A program made the translations under genes and the position numbers. Of a stretch of 64,000 bases of DNA, positions 49,441 through 61,008 are shown piece after piece. The DNA comes from Neovahlkampfia damariscottae (Eukaryota): NCBI GenBank assembly GCA_016618085.1, contig JABLTG010000015.1:1-64000 (forward strand). The letters run 5' to 3'. The notes beneath the pieces are model-generated. The model did not search any database and was not told where the DNA came from. It was given only the letters and a program-made list of their open reading frames with translations. The first letter of the stretch is position 1, and each line of letters starts with the position of its first letter.

Positions 49441-51145
49441 ATGCTTTTAAAAATTTTTATTGTATTGTTGTTGCTGTGCAGTGGTTCCAACTCTGAATTC
49501 TTGAAAGGTATTTAATAAAAAAATAATGTTTTATTTTCAAAAGGATGTTTAGAAATCACAGAAGAGAATCTTGAACAAAGTGTTAAAAAGTTTTCACATA
49601 TTTTTTTACTGGCCCATTATTCTTGTTTTTATTTTCTATTTTAACTTCAAAAATAGGGGATCCTTTGGTTTATGATTTTAAAAATGAGATGGAATTTTCT
49701 CAAAAAAAGTTTAAAAAAGAAAATTTCACCATAGCATCTTTGGAAATGAATACAAATGACAAAGTGCAAAAAAGATTCGGATTTTTACATTCTCCAACTT
49801 TAGTTTTTATTATGTAAGTTGAAATAAAAAGTTAATTTTGTTAATTTAAAGCAACGGAGAAATTGTTTCTTACTACAGAAATTTGAAAAAGAGAAATTAT
49901 ATTTTACCATACATTAAAAGGATGGTGAACTTTGGTGAAATTGAAATTTTTAAATCTATAGAGGATGTAAGTAGTTTTATGAAAATTGAAGATGAGTTTG
50001 TTCTTGGATTTTTTGAATCATCTAATTCAACAGAGTTTGAGGCTTACCAAAAATTATCATCAAGTTTTCAAAATGGTCTTCGTTTTACCAGTTTTATAAC
50101 TGAAAATGAAAATGAATTCATAAATTTTATCAAAAATGATACTTTTAATTTGATATATGACCCAGAGAAATCATTGATGACATTATATTCAAAGAAGAGA
50201 TTATCTCAAGTTCCAAAGAATGAAAACATGATTGATTGGATAGCTGAGCACTCAGAAATGTCAAAGCCTGTAATATTTGAGATTGGTGCGATGAATTTTG
50301 ATGATGTATTCAATTCCAAGAAACCAACATTCTTGTTGTTTTTAGGAAATAATAAAGAAAAAGTGAGAAAAAAATCAATTTTTAAACTTTCTTTTTCAGA
50401 ATCATCATCTGTTAAAACAATACAAGGGTGTTGTTTACGAATTATTAAAATCTATTCCATTAATTGAAACACAATTATTTGCAAATTTTGCTTTCATTGA
50501 TGGTGTGAGATTTGAACACGTGGTCAAAGAAATAAATCCAAATATGTCATTTCCTGCATTTTATTTGATACAAAATAAACATTATTATGAATGTATTGAT
50601 TGTGATGATACACAAAATATTTCTGATCAAACCAAAGAAATGATCAAGAAATATCAAACAGGAAAATTATTTCAAATTTACAAGAGTGAAGAAAATGAAA
50701 AAGTAAATCAAATGAAATTATATTAAAAAATTTTAGGAATTGACATTCAATACTTTCGAATCGACTGTTTACGATGAAAACTTTAACATACTCATTTTAT
50801 TTTATGCTCCATTGTGTCATCATTGTACTCATTTTCATCACTTTTTTGAAGAGGTAAAATTGTCTTTTTAAGTTCTAAAAACGATAGTTGGATGAAAAAT
50901 TTATGAAAATGAATAATTTTATAAAGATGAAATACAACTTGAAGACAAATTCAGTTCCAATTGTATTGGAAAGTTACATTGATTCAATTCCAAAAATAGC
51001 CTTTATCACCAAATCAAACAAAATTGCATTCTATCAAGGTTTGAGGTCGTTTCATCATTTAAAAATATGGATTCAACAAATCACGGAAATTATAGTGAAA
51101 GAAACTGTAGATGCAACCAAAATAAATTCAAATTTACCAAAATAA
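49441..51145 (+). CDS. Secretory protein-disulfide-isomerase-like multi-thioredoxin protein
   Basis: Signal peptide and several Trx-fold segments. The first lacks CxxC and the last has FYAPLCHHC. About six introns. Confidence 0.7.
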
Positions 51146-51192
51146 ATATTGATTTAACTTTCGTGTGTGATTGGTTCATTTTTTTTTTTGTT

Positions 51193-51726
51193 ATGACTTG
51201 TTGTGAAGACGTCGCTCCATGGACATACAACTACACAATATCACCAAGAGATATAATCATATTGTTTTTAACATTCATTTTTCTCCTCCTATATCCTGTT
51301 GTTTGGATACTTAATTTTTTTTGTCCACTAAAACTAATATTTGCTTATTATTTAAAAAGTGAACCACAAATCCTTGACCATTTTGATCATGCTTTTTGTG
51401 GAATAATGTATTGCTGTTTTCCTTATTGTTTCAGCAATGAAACACCAGAAACAGCTGAAGAAAGAAGACAGAATCAATTTATGTTGGTGATGATTTTATC
51501 GGTGTTTTTTTTGCCTTCAATTTTTGATTGTATTTTTTTGGCATGGATAATTTGTGGAGATGGAAGATCAATGATATATTTAGATACAAATGCGTTTCTC
51601 CTTTATACACCTTCTTGTGAAAATTGTAATTTTGACGATTGTTGTGAGGTGTGTAGTTGTTTTGGTGACTTTTCGGATGTTGGATGCGGAGATATTGATC
51701 CTTGCTGCTGTTTACAATCAGAATAA
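51193..51726 (+). CDS. Small Cys-rich membrane protein
   Basis: ATG at 51193 (MTCC), two hydrophobic segments and a Cys/Asp-rich tail. Confidence 0.6.
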   Translation: MTCCEDVAPWTYNYTISPRDIIILFLTFIFLLLYPVVWILNFFCPLKLIFAYYLKSEPQILDHFDHAFCGIMYCCFPYCFSNETPETAEERRQNQFMLVMILSVFFLPSIFDCIFLAWIICGDGRSMIYLDTNAFLLYTPSCENCNFDDCCEVCSCFGDFSDVGCGDIDPCCCLQSE

Positions 51727-51827
51727 AATTATACTTTAAATTTCCAACATGAGAAATTTGTTGAATGGAGTATTAGATGGTTTTTTGATAAAAAAACTGT
51801 TTCTGATTTGTCCAATCAACAAACAAC

Positions 51828-53199
51828 ATGAAGTTTCCACTTGTGTTGTTGATACTTTTTATGTTTTCTTGTTTTTCTCAATTTCCAAGATTTGGAAGAG
51901 AAATGAAATTAAAAATGTTTCAACTGAAACCAAATGAGATTTATATAAATCACGGTTCCTATGGAGCAGTTCCTCATGTTGTTCAAAATTACCAAAAAAA
52001 GTTATTTTCAAAAGTACAAGAAAATCCATTACGCTTCATGACACAAGAACATCCAAAATTAATTAATCAAACAATAGAAAGAGTTTCAAAATATATAAAC
52101 GCAGAAAAAGAAGATGTTGTTTTGATTGAAAATGCCTCAGCTGGTATAAACTCAGTTTTGAGATCAACTAGATACAACAAAGGAGATAAAATTTTAATCA
52201 CAAGTATTGGTTATAACTCTGTTAAAACAACTTTGGAAATGTTGAAAAAGTGGTATAAAATTGAAGTTGTAATTGTTGATATATCTTTACCAACAACTGA
52301 AGAAAAAGTAAGAAAAAAACAACTTTTACTTTTTGGAAGATTATAAAGTCCATAACAAAGAGTTTCACAGAGCACAAAATTAAACTTGCTGTCATTGATC
52401 ACATTTCCAGTTTTCCATCATTGACATTTCCAATAAAACAAATCATCAAAATAGCAAGGAATTTGTAATTCAATTTGCAAAATTTAATTTTTTATCAGTG
52501 ATGTTAAGTTATTTGTTGATGGAGCTCATGCAATTGGTCAAATTCCAATAAACATAAAAGACTTGGATCCTGATTATTATATTTCAAATGGACATAAATG
52601 GTTATGTTCATCACATGGTTCTGCCTTCATGTATGTTAAAAAATCACTTCAATCTGAAGTTCATCCACCAGTTCAAAGTCATTTTTATGGACAAGGATTT
52701 CAAAAAGAATTTCATTTCACTGGAACAAGAGATTATACTCCTATGTACACTTTTATACCAGCCTTAGACTTTCGTGATCAATTAAAAGATGAAAATGTTT
52801 GGACTTATAATAACAATCTTTGCCTGAATGCTGGTAATCATTTCATTTTTTCTTAAATTTTCAAAAAGCAAAAATGTTGATAGGAAGATGGAATACAACA
52901 GGAATTGTTCCATTTTCAATGAATTCTGCTTTGATCAATATCAAATTGCCTTGTAGCACTTCATCAGCTGACTGTTGGAGATTGAAACCATGGGAATTGC
53001 AAAAAATATTGCAAGATAAATATGACATTTGGGTAATGTTTAAAATTATTTCTAATATTGAAAGAGTTATGTTGGTTATTCAGGAAAAGAGCAACATCTT
53101 CGAATCAGCTGTCAAATTTACAATGAAATGAATGACTATGTAAAATTTGCTGATGCACTTGAAGAAATTTATAGAATCATCAATAAAACAGATTTTTGA
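51828..53199 (+). CDS. PLP-dependent class V C-S lyase (Egt2 / isopenicillin N epimerase-like) with signal peptide
   Basis: YINHGSYG, IDHISS, VDGAHAIGQ, SNGHKW (PLP Lys), GTRDY and LRISCQIYN. Four introns. Confidence 0.88.
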
Positions 53200-53348
53200 T
53201 GATTATGCAACATTGATAACAATGATGCACATTTCCTAATTCTCTTGAGCACAAGATGATTGGATATTCCAAAGATGGAAAACTGCTTAAATAATCTTTG
53301 ACCAATCATCATCCATCTATTTGAAAAAAAATAAAACAGAATAGAGAA

Positions 53349-55271
53349 ATGAATGTCACTAACAGTACCGTTTATGCTAATCCTAGTATGATACCTTTGG
53401 TAGAAGATGAATCAGCAATCACTTTTATGTTCATCAACAGTTGTTTGGTATTGTAAGTTATTTCAATTTTTTGCTGACAATCACTTCAGATTCATGACTC
53501 CTGGTTTAAGTTTCTTCTACTCCGGTATGATTAAGAGTAAAAATTCAGCTTCCATGATTGCACAAAGTTTTATTGCCCATATCATTGTGTCAGTTGTTTG
53601 GTGGTTTTGTGGATTTTCTTTAGCATTTTGTATGTCATTCTTGATCATTTTTAATTATACTTTAAAGCTTGTAATACTAATTTTAATTCAATTAACCTTA
53701 TGCAATAGCTGGAGGTCCATTTTATGGAAATTTTGATTTTATCATGTTGTTAAGAGGTGAATTTCTCAGTACATCACATGTCAATGCGCCAGGAGTACCG
53801 TTACTATTATTTTGTATGTATCAATGTATGTTTGCCTCAATCACACCTGCACTTATTTCAGGTTCAATGGCCGAAAGAACAAGATTTCGCACATATTGTG
53901 TATTTGTTGCTTTATGGATGATATTCGTTTACTGTCCTGCTGCTCATATTATATGGCACCCAGAAGGTTATTTGATTCAAATTCTAACTTTTCACAGGTT
54001 TTTTGTACAAATTAGGAATTCTTGACTTTGCAGGTGGTTTAGTTGTCCATCTCAGTAGTGGTGCAAGTGCGATGATTTTTGCAATATTTTTAAGAAGAAG
54101 AAAAGGTTACTATAATATTGTTGATGTTTTTGAAAAATATTTTGGAATTCTTTATGCAAAAGTTACTGGAAAACCACAGCCTATTGAAAATCTTCCAGTT
54201 CAAGAGGAACAAGGAGAACCAAAAGAACATAGAAATTTAATGGATAGAATTAAAGATTTACCATCAGCTGGAGGAGATTTCTATGGACATTCAATTAGTG
54301 TATTATGTATTGGTACCGGTATTTTATGGGTAGGATGGTTTGGATTCAATGGAGGTTCTTCAATGACTCCAAATAGAGTTGGTGTTATCGGTTTGGTAAA
54401 TACAAATTTTGCAGGAGCTGTATCCGGTCTCACTTGGATGATTTTGGCGATGATTCATCATAGAGGTAAAGCTCCTATTGTTGAAATTTGTAATGGTGCA
54501 ATTTGTGGGCTTGCTGCAGTTACACCAGGAGCAGGTTTTATTGCACCAGGATATGCTGCTCTCTGTGGTTTCACATCAGCAATAATCTCATTTTATTTTG
54601 TCAGAGTCAAAGTTTGGTTAATGGATGATAGTTTAGATGCATTTGCTATTCATGGTATTCAAGGTATATATGGAACTTTATTTGCAGGTTTATTCGCATC
54701 AAAAGATATAGCTGCTACTGGAGGACTTACAATTGGTGGAGGTTGGATTGATGGAAATTTTGTTCAACTTGCAATTCAATTACTCGGAGTTACATTCATT
54801 TTTGCATGGTCTGCGGTCATTACTTTTATTTTATTCCTTATTCTTGCAGTTGTTCCTGGTTTAGGATGGAGAATCTCAGATTACGAAGAAAGAATTGGAT
54901 TGGACCAATCACAACATGGAGAAGATTCATATGTTTTTGAAGATTTAGAAGATTTGAATTATATTGATGGTGAAAAGCCAGAAGGATTGAAGAATTGTAC
55001 AAAATTATTATTCCACGATTTTTACGTTGAACATGAAAAAAGACCACCAAAGAAATTTTTTACCAAACCATCTGATCATTCAGCAAGTAAAGTATCTTTG
55101 ACAGACAATAATGTGGTTCAAGATAAAGTTGAAGAACTTCACATCCAACAAGAGATAGAAATGAAAGATGTTGAACACATTGAAACAAGTCACGAAAAAA
55201 CAGAAATTATTACAACTGTACCATCAAGTGATAATCTTCATGATGAAGTTAAAATTGAAGAAACTCAATAA
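53349..55271 (+). CDS. AMT: Ammonium transporter (Amt/Mep)
   Basis: FMTPGLSFFYSG, LDFAGGLVVH, WVGWFGFNGGS and DDSLDAFAIHG. Short introns, including a tandem pair at 53630-53708. Confidence 0.96.
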
Positions 55272-55347
55272 ATTTTCAAATTTTACAATAAATTTCGAGG
55301 TGTATTCCGATTGGACAACGGTATTCGGAGTTTTTTATTTACACACA

Positions 55348-57374
55348 ATGAGCGAGGATAAAGTTTATGAATTGATTAAATCAAAAAAACATCTGGATGA
55401 AATTTTTTTAATGAAAGGAAAAATGATCATCGGTAAGCTGTGAAAATTCTTAAATTTTTTTTCATAAGACTTTTATAGTGTTTGGTGTCCAGATTGTGAT
55501 GATATAGAAGATACATTCACAAAATTATCAAAAAAATTCAACAACATCAGATTTTATAAATTAACCATCGATATTCCAGAATTTGAAGATGTTTATAACA
55601 AAATCCCAATAACTTCAATTCCATCTTTTTGTTTTTATGAAAATGGAGAAGAAAAGTTCTTTTTAGAAGGTATTCACAAAAAAAATAATACTAAAACTTC
55701 ACAAAAGGTTTTGATGATTTAGAAAATTTGGTTGAAACATTTGAAAAAGATGGTAAATTACCAAAGAGTCAAAAATTTGAATTTACAACAAATGAGAAAT
55801 TATTTAAAGATAATGATTATGAATATGACATCATGGTGATAGGAGGTGGTTCTGGTGGTTTTCAATGTGCCAAAAAATCATCTTCTTTTGGAGCAAAAGT
55901 TGGTCTTTTTAATTTTGTCCAACCAACGGAATCTAGTGATATTTGGGGCTTAGGTATGAGAATTATAATTAAAATCGATTCAGGTGGAACATGTGTCAAT
56001 GTTGGTAAGAAACTATTTTTTTGTTAATTTTCCAGGTTGTATTCCAAAGAAATTATTTCATCAAGCTGGTTTGTTAGGTGAGTTTTTTAAAGATTCAAAG
56101 AATTTTGGATGGACCTATGACAATAAAAAACATGACTGGTCAAAGTTACAACAAAATGTTAAAACTTATACTTCTAAATTAAATTGGAAACATGAAGGGT
56201 ATGCAAGAAAGTCAAAAGTAAATTATATTCATGCGTATGCTTCTTTTATTGATCAAAATACAGTTGAAGCTGTTTTTTCAAATGGAGAAAAAAAGAAATT
56301 CACCTCCAAATATTTTGTCATTGCTACAGGTGGAAGACCAACAAAATTTGACATTCCAGGAGGTGAATATACCATTAATTCAGATCAATTATTTCATTTA
56401 AAAAAGTCGCCTGGCAAAACGTTTGAAAAAAAAAAAAATTAATTTTTCAAAGACTTGTAAGAAAGAAGTTTAAAAATTCATTATTTTAGATTGTTGGTGG
56501 TTCTTATATTGCTGTTGAAACAGCTGGATTCCTTGCTTCACTTGGGTGTGAAACAACTATTTCTGTGAGATCTTCGATGTTAAAACATTTTGATGATGAA
56601 TGCGTTGATCATGTAATTTCTAGTCTCAAAAAACAAAAGATTAGAATATTAGAACAATGTCATATCTCCAAAATTTCCAAAAATGAAAAAGGATTACAAG
56701 TTGACATGAAAATGAATGAAAAAATTATTATTGATACTTTTGATACAGTTATTGCAGCAATTGGAAGAACTCCTTCATTATCAGGATTAAATATAAGTAA
56801 TGTGGGTGTAAAAGTTGAAAATGATCATATTATTGTTTCTGATTCTCTTCAAACAAATATTGAAAATATCTTTTCACTCGGAGATGCTGTTGGAATGATG
56901 GATCTAACACCAGTAGCAATTGCCCAAGGTAGATTCATTGCACAATCTATTTTCACTAAAAAAGCAAAGAAAATAGATTACAATTGTGTTCCAACGACAA
57001 TTTTTTCACCAATGGAATATGGCATTTGTGGATTAAGTGAAAAAAAAGCAATTGAAAGATATACAGAAGATGACATTATTGTATACAAAAAAAACGTTAA
57101 TGTCTTGGAGTTCCAACTTGGTTTTCAATTTTCTCATCGAGAACAAGCATTTTTCAAATTAATTTGTTTAAAATCTGAAAATGAGAAAGTGATTGGATTT
57201 CATTATGTTGGTCCAAATGCAGGTGAGATAACAGGTCCTTTTTCAATGGCTATTAAAAAAAAGATTACAAAAGATGAATTAGATGATTGTATTGGAATTC
57301 ATCCAACAATGGCTGAAGTGATTAATCAATTGGAATTTGGAGTCACACAAGATACTGGATGTTGTGGAAATTAA
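55348..57374 (+). CDS. TXNRD: N-terminal thioredoxin domain fused to a high-Mr thioredoxin reductase with a GCCG tail
   Basis: Spliced DFYSVWCPDC, VIGGGSGG, GGTCVNVGCIPKK, PGKTLIVGGSY and GIHPT, ending TGCCGN. Six introns. Confidence 0.92.
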
Positions 57375-57537
57375 AATTTTTTAATTTTTTAAAAACCATT
57401 TTGTGTACTAAATGCAAGATTTTGTTAATGTTATAACTTTATTCAAGTTTAAAAATGACCAATGAAGAACAGTATCCTTAAAGGTTCAAGTTAAAAAAAC
57501 AATTTCGCCAATCAAATCCAAGCATATTTCTTCACAC

Positions 57538-59361
57538 ATGTTGAAGTTGTTGCTGCTTGTCTTGTTTTGTTCATTCTTTTACACAAATGGATATCTATTT
57601 AAAGACAATTTAGGAATCATGTGGGAAAGAAAACATGATATACTTCGAGTGTACTGCTTGTCCAAAGGATTATATGGATACTCTATAATGGGCTTTTCAT
57701 CCACAAAAAATATAACAAATGCTTATTTTTTACGCTCTCATGTACAAAATTATGTTCTTATCAACAAAGAATTTTCAGGAAATTTATCCGCTCCACTGGT
57801 TAATTTGAATAACAGTGAGAAATTTGTTTTTAAACTAGTGGACTTCAATACTCATCCTGTACCATTGGCTGATAAATTATTATGGAGCACTGTAGAATTT
57901 AATATCACATTGTTCCAGAAACACTTTAAAATACACGATAAAATATGGGTTTATCTTGGAATGAAAGAGAACTTTTTACCAACTGAATCATTGGAAGATG
58001 ACATGAAAAATTTGAGACTTTCAGAAGCCTTAATAATGAATATGAATTTTAACACTAGTAAATTTAGCAAATATTTAATCTTCATAGCATCATTAAATTT
58101 GTGGTATTTCAATACCCAAGTTGATAGTATTGTTTCAGCATATTTTGGTTCTTGGATACCAACGATCCTCATTTTGTGCTTATTATTCGTTTTATTTGTA
58201 GTTTTAGGTCAATTTCAACCTTTGAAGTCACGTGGAATTATTCCATTTCTGGCATTTTTTAGATTCTTCTTCAGCAGTTTTTTTCATTATAATCATTTTG
58301 GACAAATTGAGCATTTTGAATTTACTTGCTATTACAATTATTTCATATTTATTCCATTGACTTTTTCAGGATTTTTCTTAATTGCATTGTCAATGCTCCG
58401 ATACGTGGTGATTGCAAATTTGAACAACAGAAAACAACAAGTTTCAAAAACCAAAAAGAGTCAAAAGAACGTATTTTTGATTTTTCTCAAATATTCAATA
58501 CATCCAGTAGTTACATTTATCATTTGGATTTTATTTATTTTCATTTTTATCTGCATTGATATTGGATTGGTTGTTGGATTCAAGTGCGAAACAAATTTAC
58601 AAGGTGTGACTCCACCAATTGCAATTTCATTATACGTAGTTATTATTGGATTATGCTCAACATTTTTCATTTTTGATATCCTCAGCAATATCAAAAGAAT
58701 ATTTTCCAAATGGGGAATTTGTAATCTATTTTGGAAATATGATGCGTACTATTTCAGAACAGAATATTATATTTTTGGGTTAGGAGTATCTGCTTGGACA
58801 TTTATCATCATCACTATAATTCAATTATCTGTTCCTAATATACCAAACTTGGCAGGTTTAATCTTTGGATTCATTTTGGATTTCACCGTTTTTTTCTTTC
58901 AATCTGGTTTTCCATTATTAATGACTATCATTAATTTAATCATCAGATTATTTAGAAAAAAGAAAAAAGGTTATCTGATTGAAACACTTTTGGAAAACTT
59001 GGAATTTCATGAAATGTTCAATGAATTTGCAAAATCAGAATGGTCCACTGAAAATTTAGCTTGTTATGATGATATCATTGAATTTGAAAAAAATGTAAAT
59101 TCAGAAAAAGCGAATGAAATGATGAATTTATATTTCAATGGTGCCAGTTCTGAGCTTGAAGTTAACGTTCCAGGTACTCTTCTTGTTGGTTTGAAAGAAA
59201 AGATACAAAAAGGAAAATTGGATGAAAACTTGTTTTCTGAAGTTAAATCAGTTGTTGTGTCTAATTTGTTGGACACAAATTCACGATTTATGTGGACTTG
59301 GGAGTACAAACAGTTTATGTTCAAAAATGAAGCATTTGGAGCAAATTTAGACAAAAAATAA
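57538..59361 (+). CDS. Signal peptide, extracellular domain, 7TM region and C-terminal RGS domain
   Basis: QPLKSRG after TM1; FNEFAKSEWSTENLACY, SELEVNV and NLLDTNSRF. Confidence 0.88.
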   Translation: MLKLLLLVLFCSFFYTNGYLFKDNLGIMWERKHDILRVYCLSKGLYGYSIMGFSSTKNITNAYFLRSHVQNYVLINKEFSGNLSAPLVNLNNSEKFVFKLVDFNTHPVPLADKLLWSTVEFNITLFQKHFKIHDKIWVYLGMKENFLPTESLEDDMKNLRLSEALIMNMNFNTSKFSKYLIFIASLNLWYFNTQVDSIVSAYFGSWIPTILILCLLFVLFVVLGQFQPLKSRGIIPFLAFFRFFFSSFFHYNHFGQIEHFEFTCYYNYFIFIPLTFSGFFLIALSMLRYVVIANLNNRKQQVSKTKKSQKNVFLIFLKYSIHPVVTFIIWILFIFIFICIDIGLVVGFKCETNLQGVTPPIAISLYVVIIGLCSTFFIFDILSNIKRIFSKWGICNLFWKYDAYYFRTEYYIFGLGVSAWTFIIITIIQLSVPNIPNLAGLIFGFILDFTVFFFQSGFPLLMTIINLIIRLFRKKKKGYLIETLLENLEFHEMFNEFAKSEWSTENLACYDDIIEFEKNVNSEKANEMMNLYFNGASSELEVNVPGTLLVGLKEKIQKGKLDENLFSEVKSVVVSNLLDTNSRFMWTWEYKQFMFKNEAFGANLDKK

Positions 59362-59457
59362 AGATATACCACAATTTATTTGGATTCCTTGAAAATGAAC
59401 GTTTTTGATGCTTAATAATTATCCAATCGGATTGTGTTTTAAATTTAGAATTTTTAA

Positions 59458-60936
59458 ATGTCCAAGGTTGAACTCTATGTGTATGACTTGAGTCAAGGCT
59501 TAGCAAAAAACCTCTCAATGGGTTTTCTAGGTCAACAATTTGATGGAATTTGGCACACTGGAATAGTTGTATTCGGTAATGAATACTTCTACGGAGGAGG
59601 TGTAAACAAAATGGCACCTGGAACAACACCATTTGTAAAAGAAATTTTTGTAACTCAAACTTTAAAAGGGCCAACCAGTTGAAAAAGTCACTCTTGGAAC
59701 AACTAAAAAATCACAATCAGAATTTGAAGTCTTTTTAATGAAAATTGGACAATCAAAATTTAGAGCTGATACGTATAATTTAATAGAAAATAATTGTAAT
59801 AACTTCACAGATGATTGCTCAAATTTTTTAATTTCAGAAGGAATTCCATCACGTAAGTTTGTGATTATTTCTAAATTTTTAAGATATTTTGAATTTGCCA
59901 AATGATTTCTTTTCAACTCCTATTGGAAGTATGATGAGAGGTTATTTTGACCAAATGATGGGTGGTTCAGGTTCTGGAAATTTTCAAGAACTTCAACAAA
60001 ATTTCCAACCTCAAAATTTTCAAAAACAAGAAACTGTAAAAGTTGAAGATAATTTATATTCTGACTCAAATAAAACAGTTTATACATTTAAAGCAGCTCA
60101 AGTATCTCAAATTATCAAGTATGAAAATTTTTATTTTTCACATTTTTAAGGAAACTTAAAACTTTGATTGTTAATTTGAATTTGACAAAAGAAGATTTAC
60201 AAGTGTTAGATTTGGTTGAAAATTTCCTTAAAAATGAAAAAAATTCATTATCTGACATCAAAAAAGTTGTTGCTTTGTTCAGTAAGAATTTTTAGATTCT
60301 CATATTTTTCACAGAATTTTTATTGAAAAATTTGTCAGAAAAGGATATTTTTCCTGTATTGGATCTTTGTAGATTAGGACTCTTGAATTCAGATTTTTTG
60401 AATTATTGTTTATTAGAAAACCAAGGTAAGAAAAAAAAGACAGAATTCACTTTTTTTGAGATTCTCTTTTGGAATTAATCTTCAAACAAATCAAACCTAA
60501 AATGCCAATGACATCTCAATTAATGATTTTAAGAATTTGTTGTAATATGGCAAATGAACAATCAACAATCAAATATATCTTGAAAGAAGAAAATTTCAAC
60601 ACTGTGGTAGACATGATTACAGAATCATTTGAACATGAAAAAGAAAGTATAAGAGTTACTGGTGCTTCACTCGCTTCTAACTTGAGTTTATATTCACCAA
60701 AAGATAATGGAGATGCTGAAACTCAATTAATTTGTTCAATCATTGAATTTGTTCCTTCAGAAAAAAGCAATGATGTTGTTTTCAAAATGCTTCTTGCATT
60801 ATTTAGGTTATTAAAAAACAACAAGGTTTCAATTGAACTCGTCAAAGATTTAGGTTTTACTTTGAATAAATTGAGTTGTGAAAAACCATCAGAAGATTGT
60901 GTAAAGCTTCAAAGAACAATAAAGAAACTTTTATAA
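59458..60936 (+). CDS. PPPDE (DeSI-like) peptidase with C-terminal PUL domain
   Basis: VELYVYDLS, GIWHTGIVVFG, YNLIENNCNNF; PUL-like FPVLDLCRL and LRICCN. Five introns. Confidence 0.9.
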
Positions 60937-61008
60937 TTAATTTGCAATATTTAGCAATAAGACTGTTATACAATGAATGATTTATCGCAGTTTCTTTGTT
61001 TCAATAAT

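Noticed and set aside
57355..57480. Selenocysteine or SECIS in thioredoxin reductase
   Set aside because: The tail codons are TGT TGT, the stop is TAA, and the 3' flank shows no SECIS-like stem.
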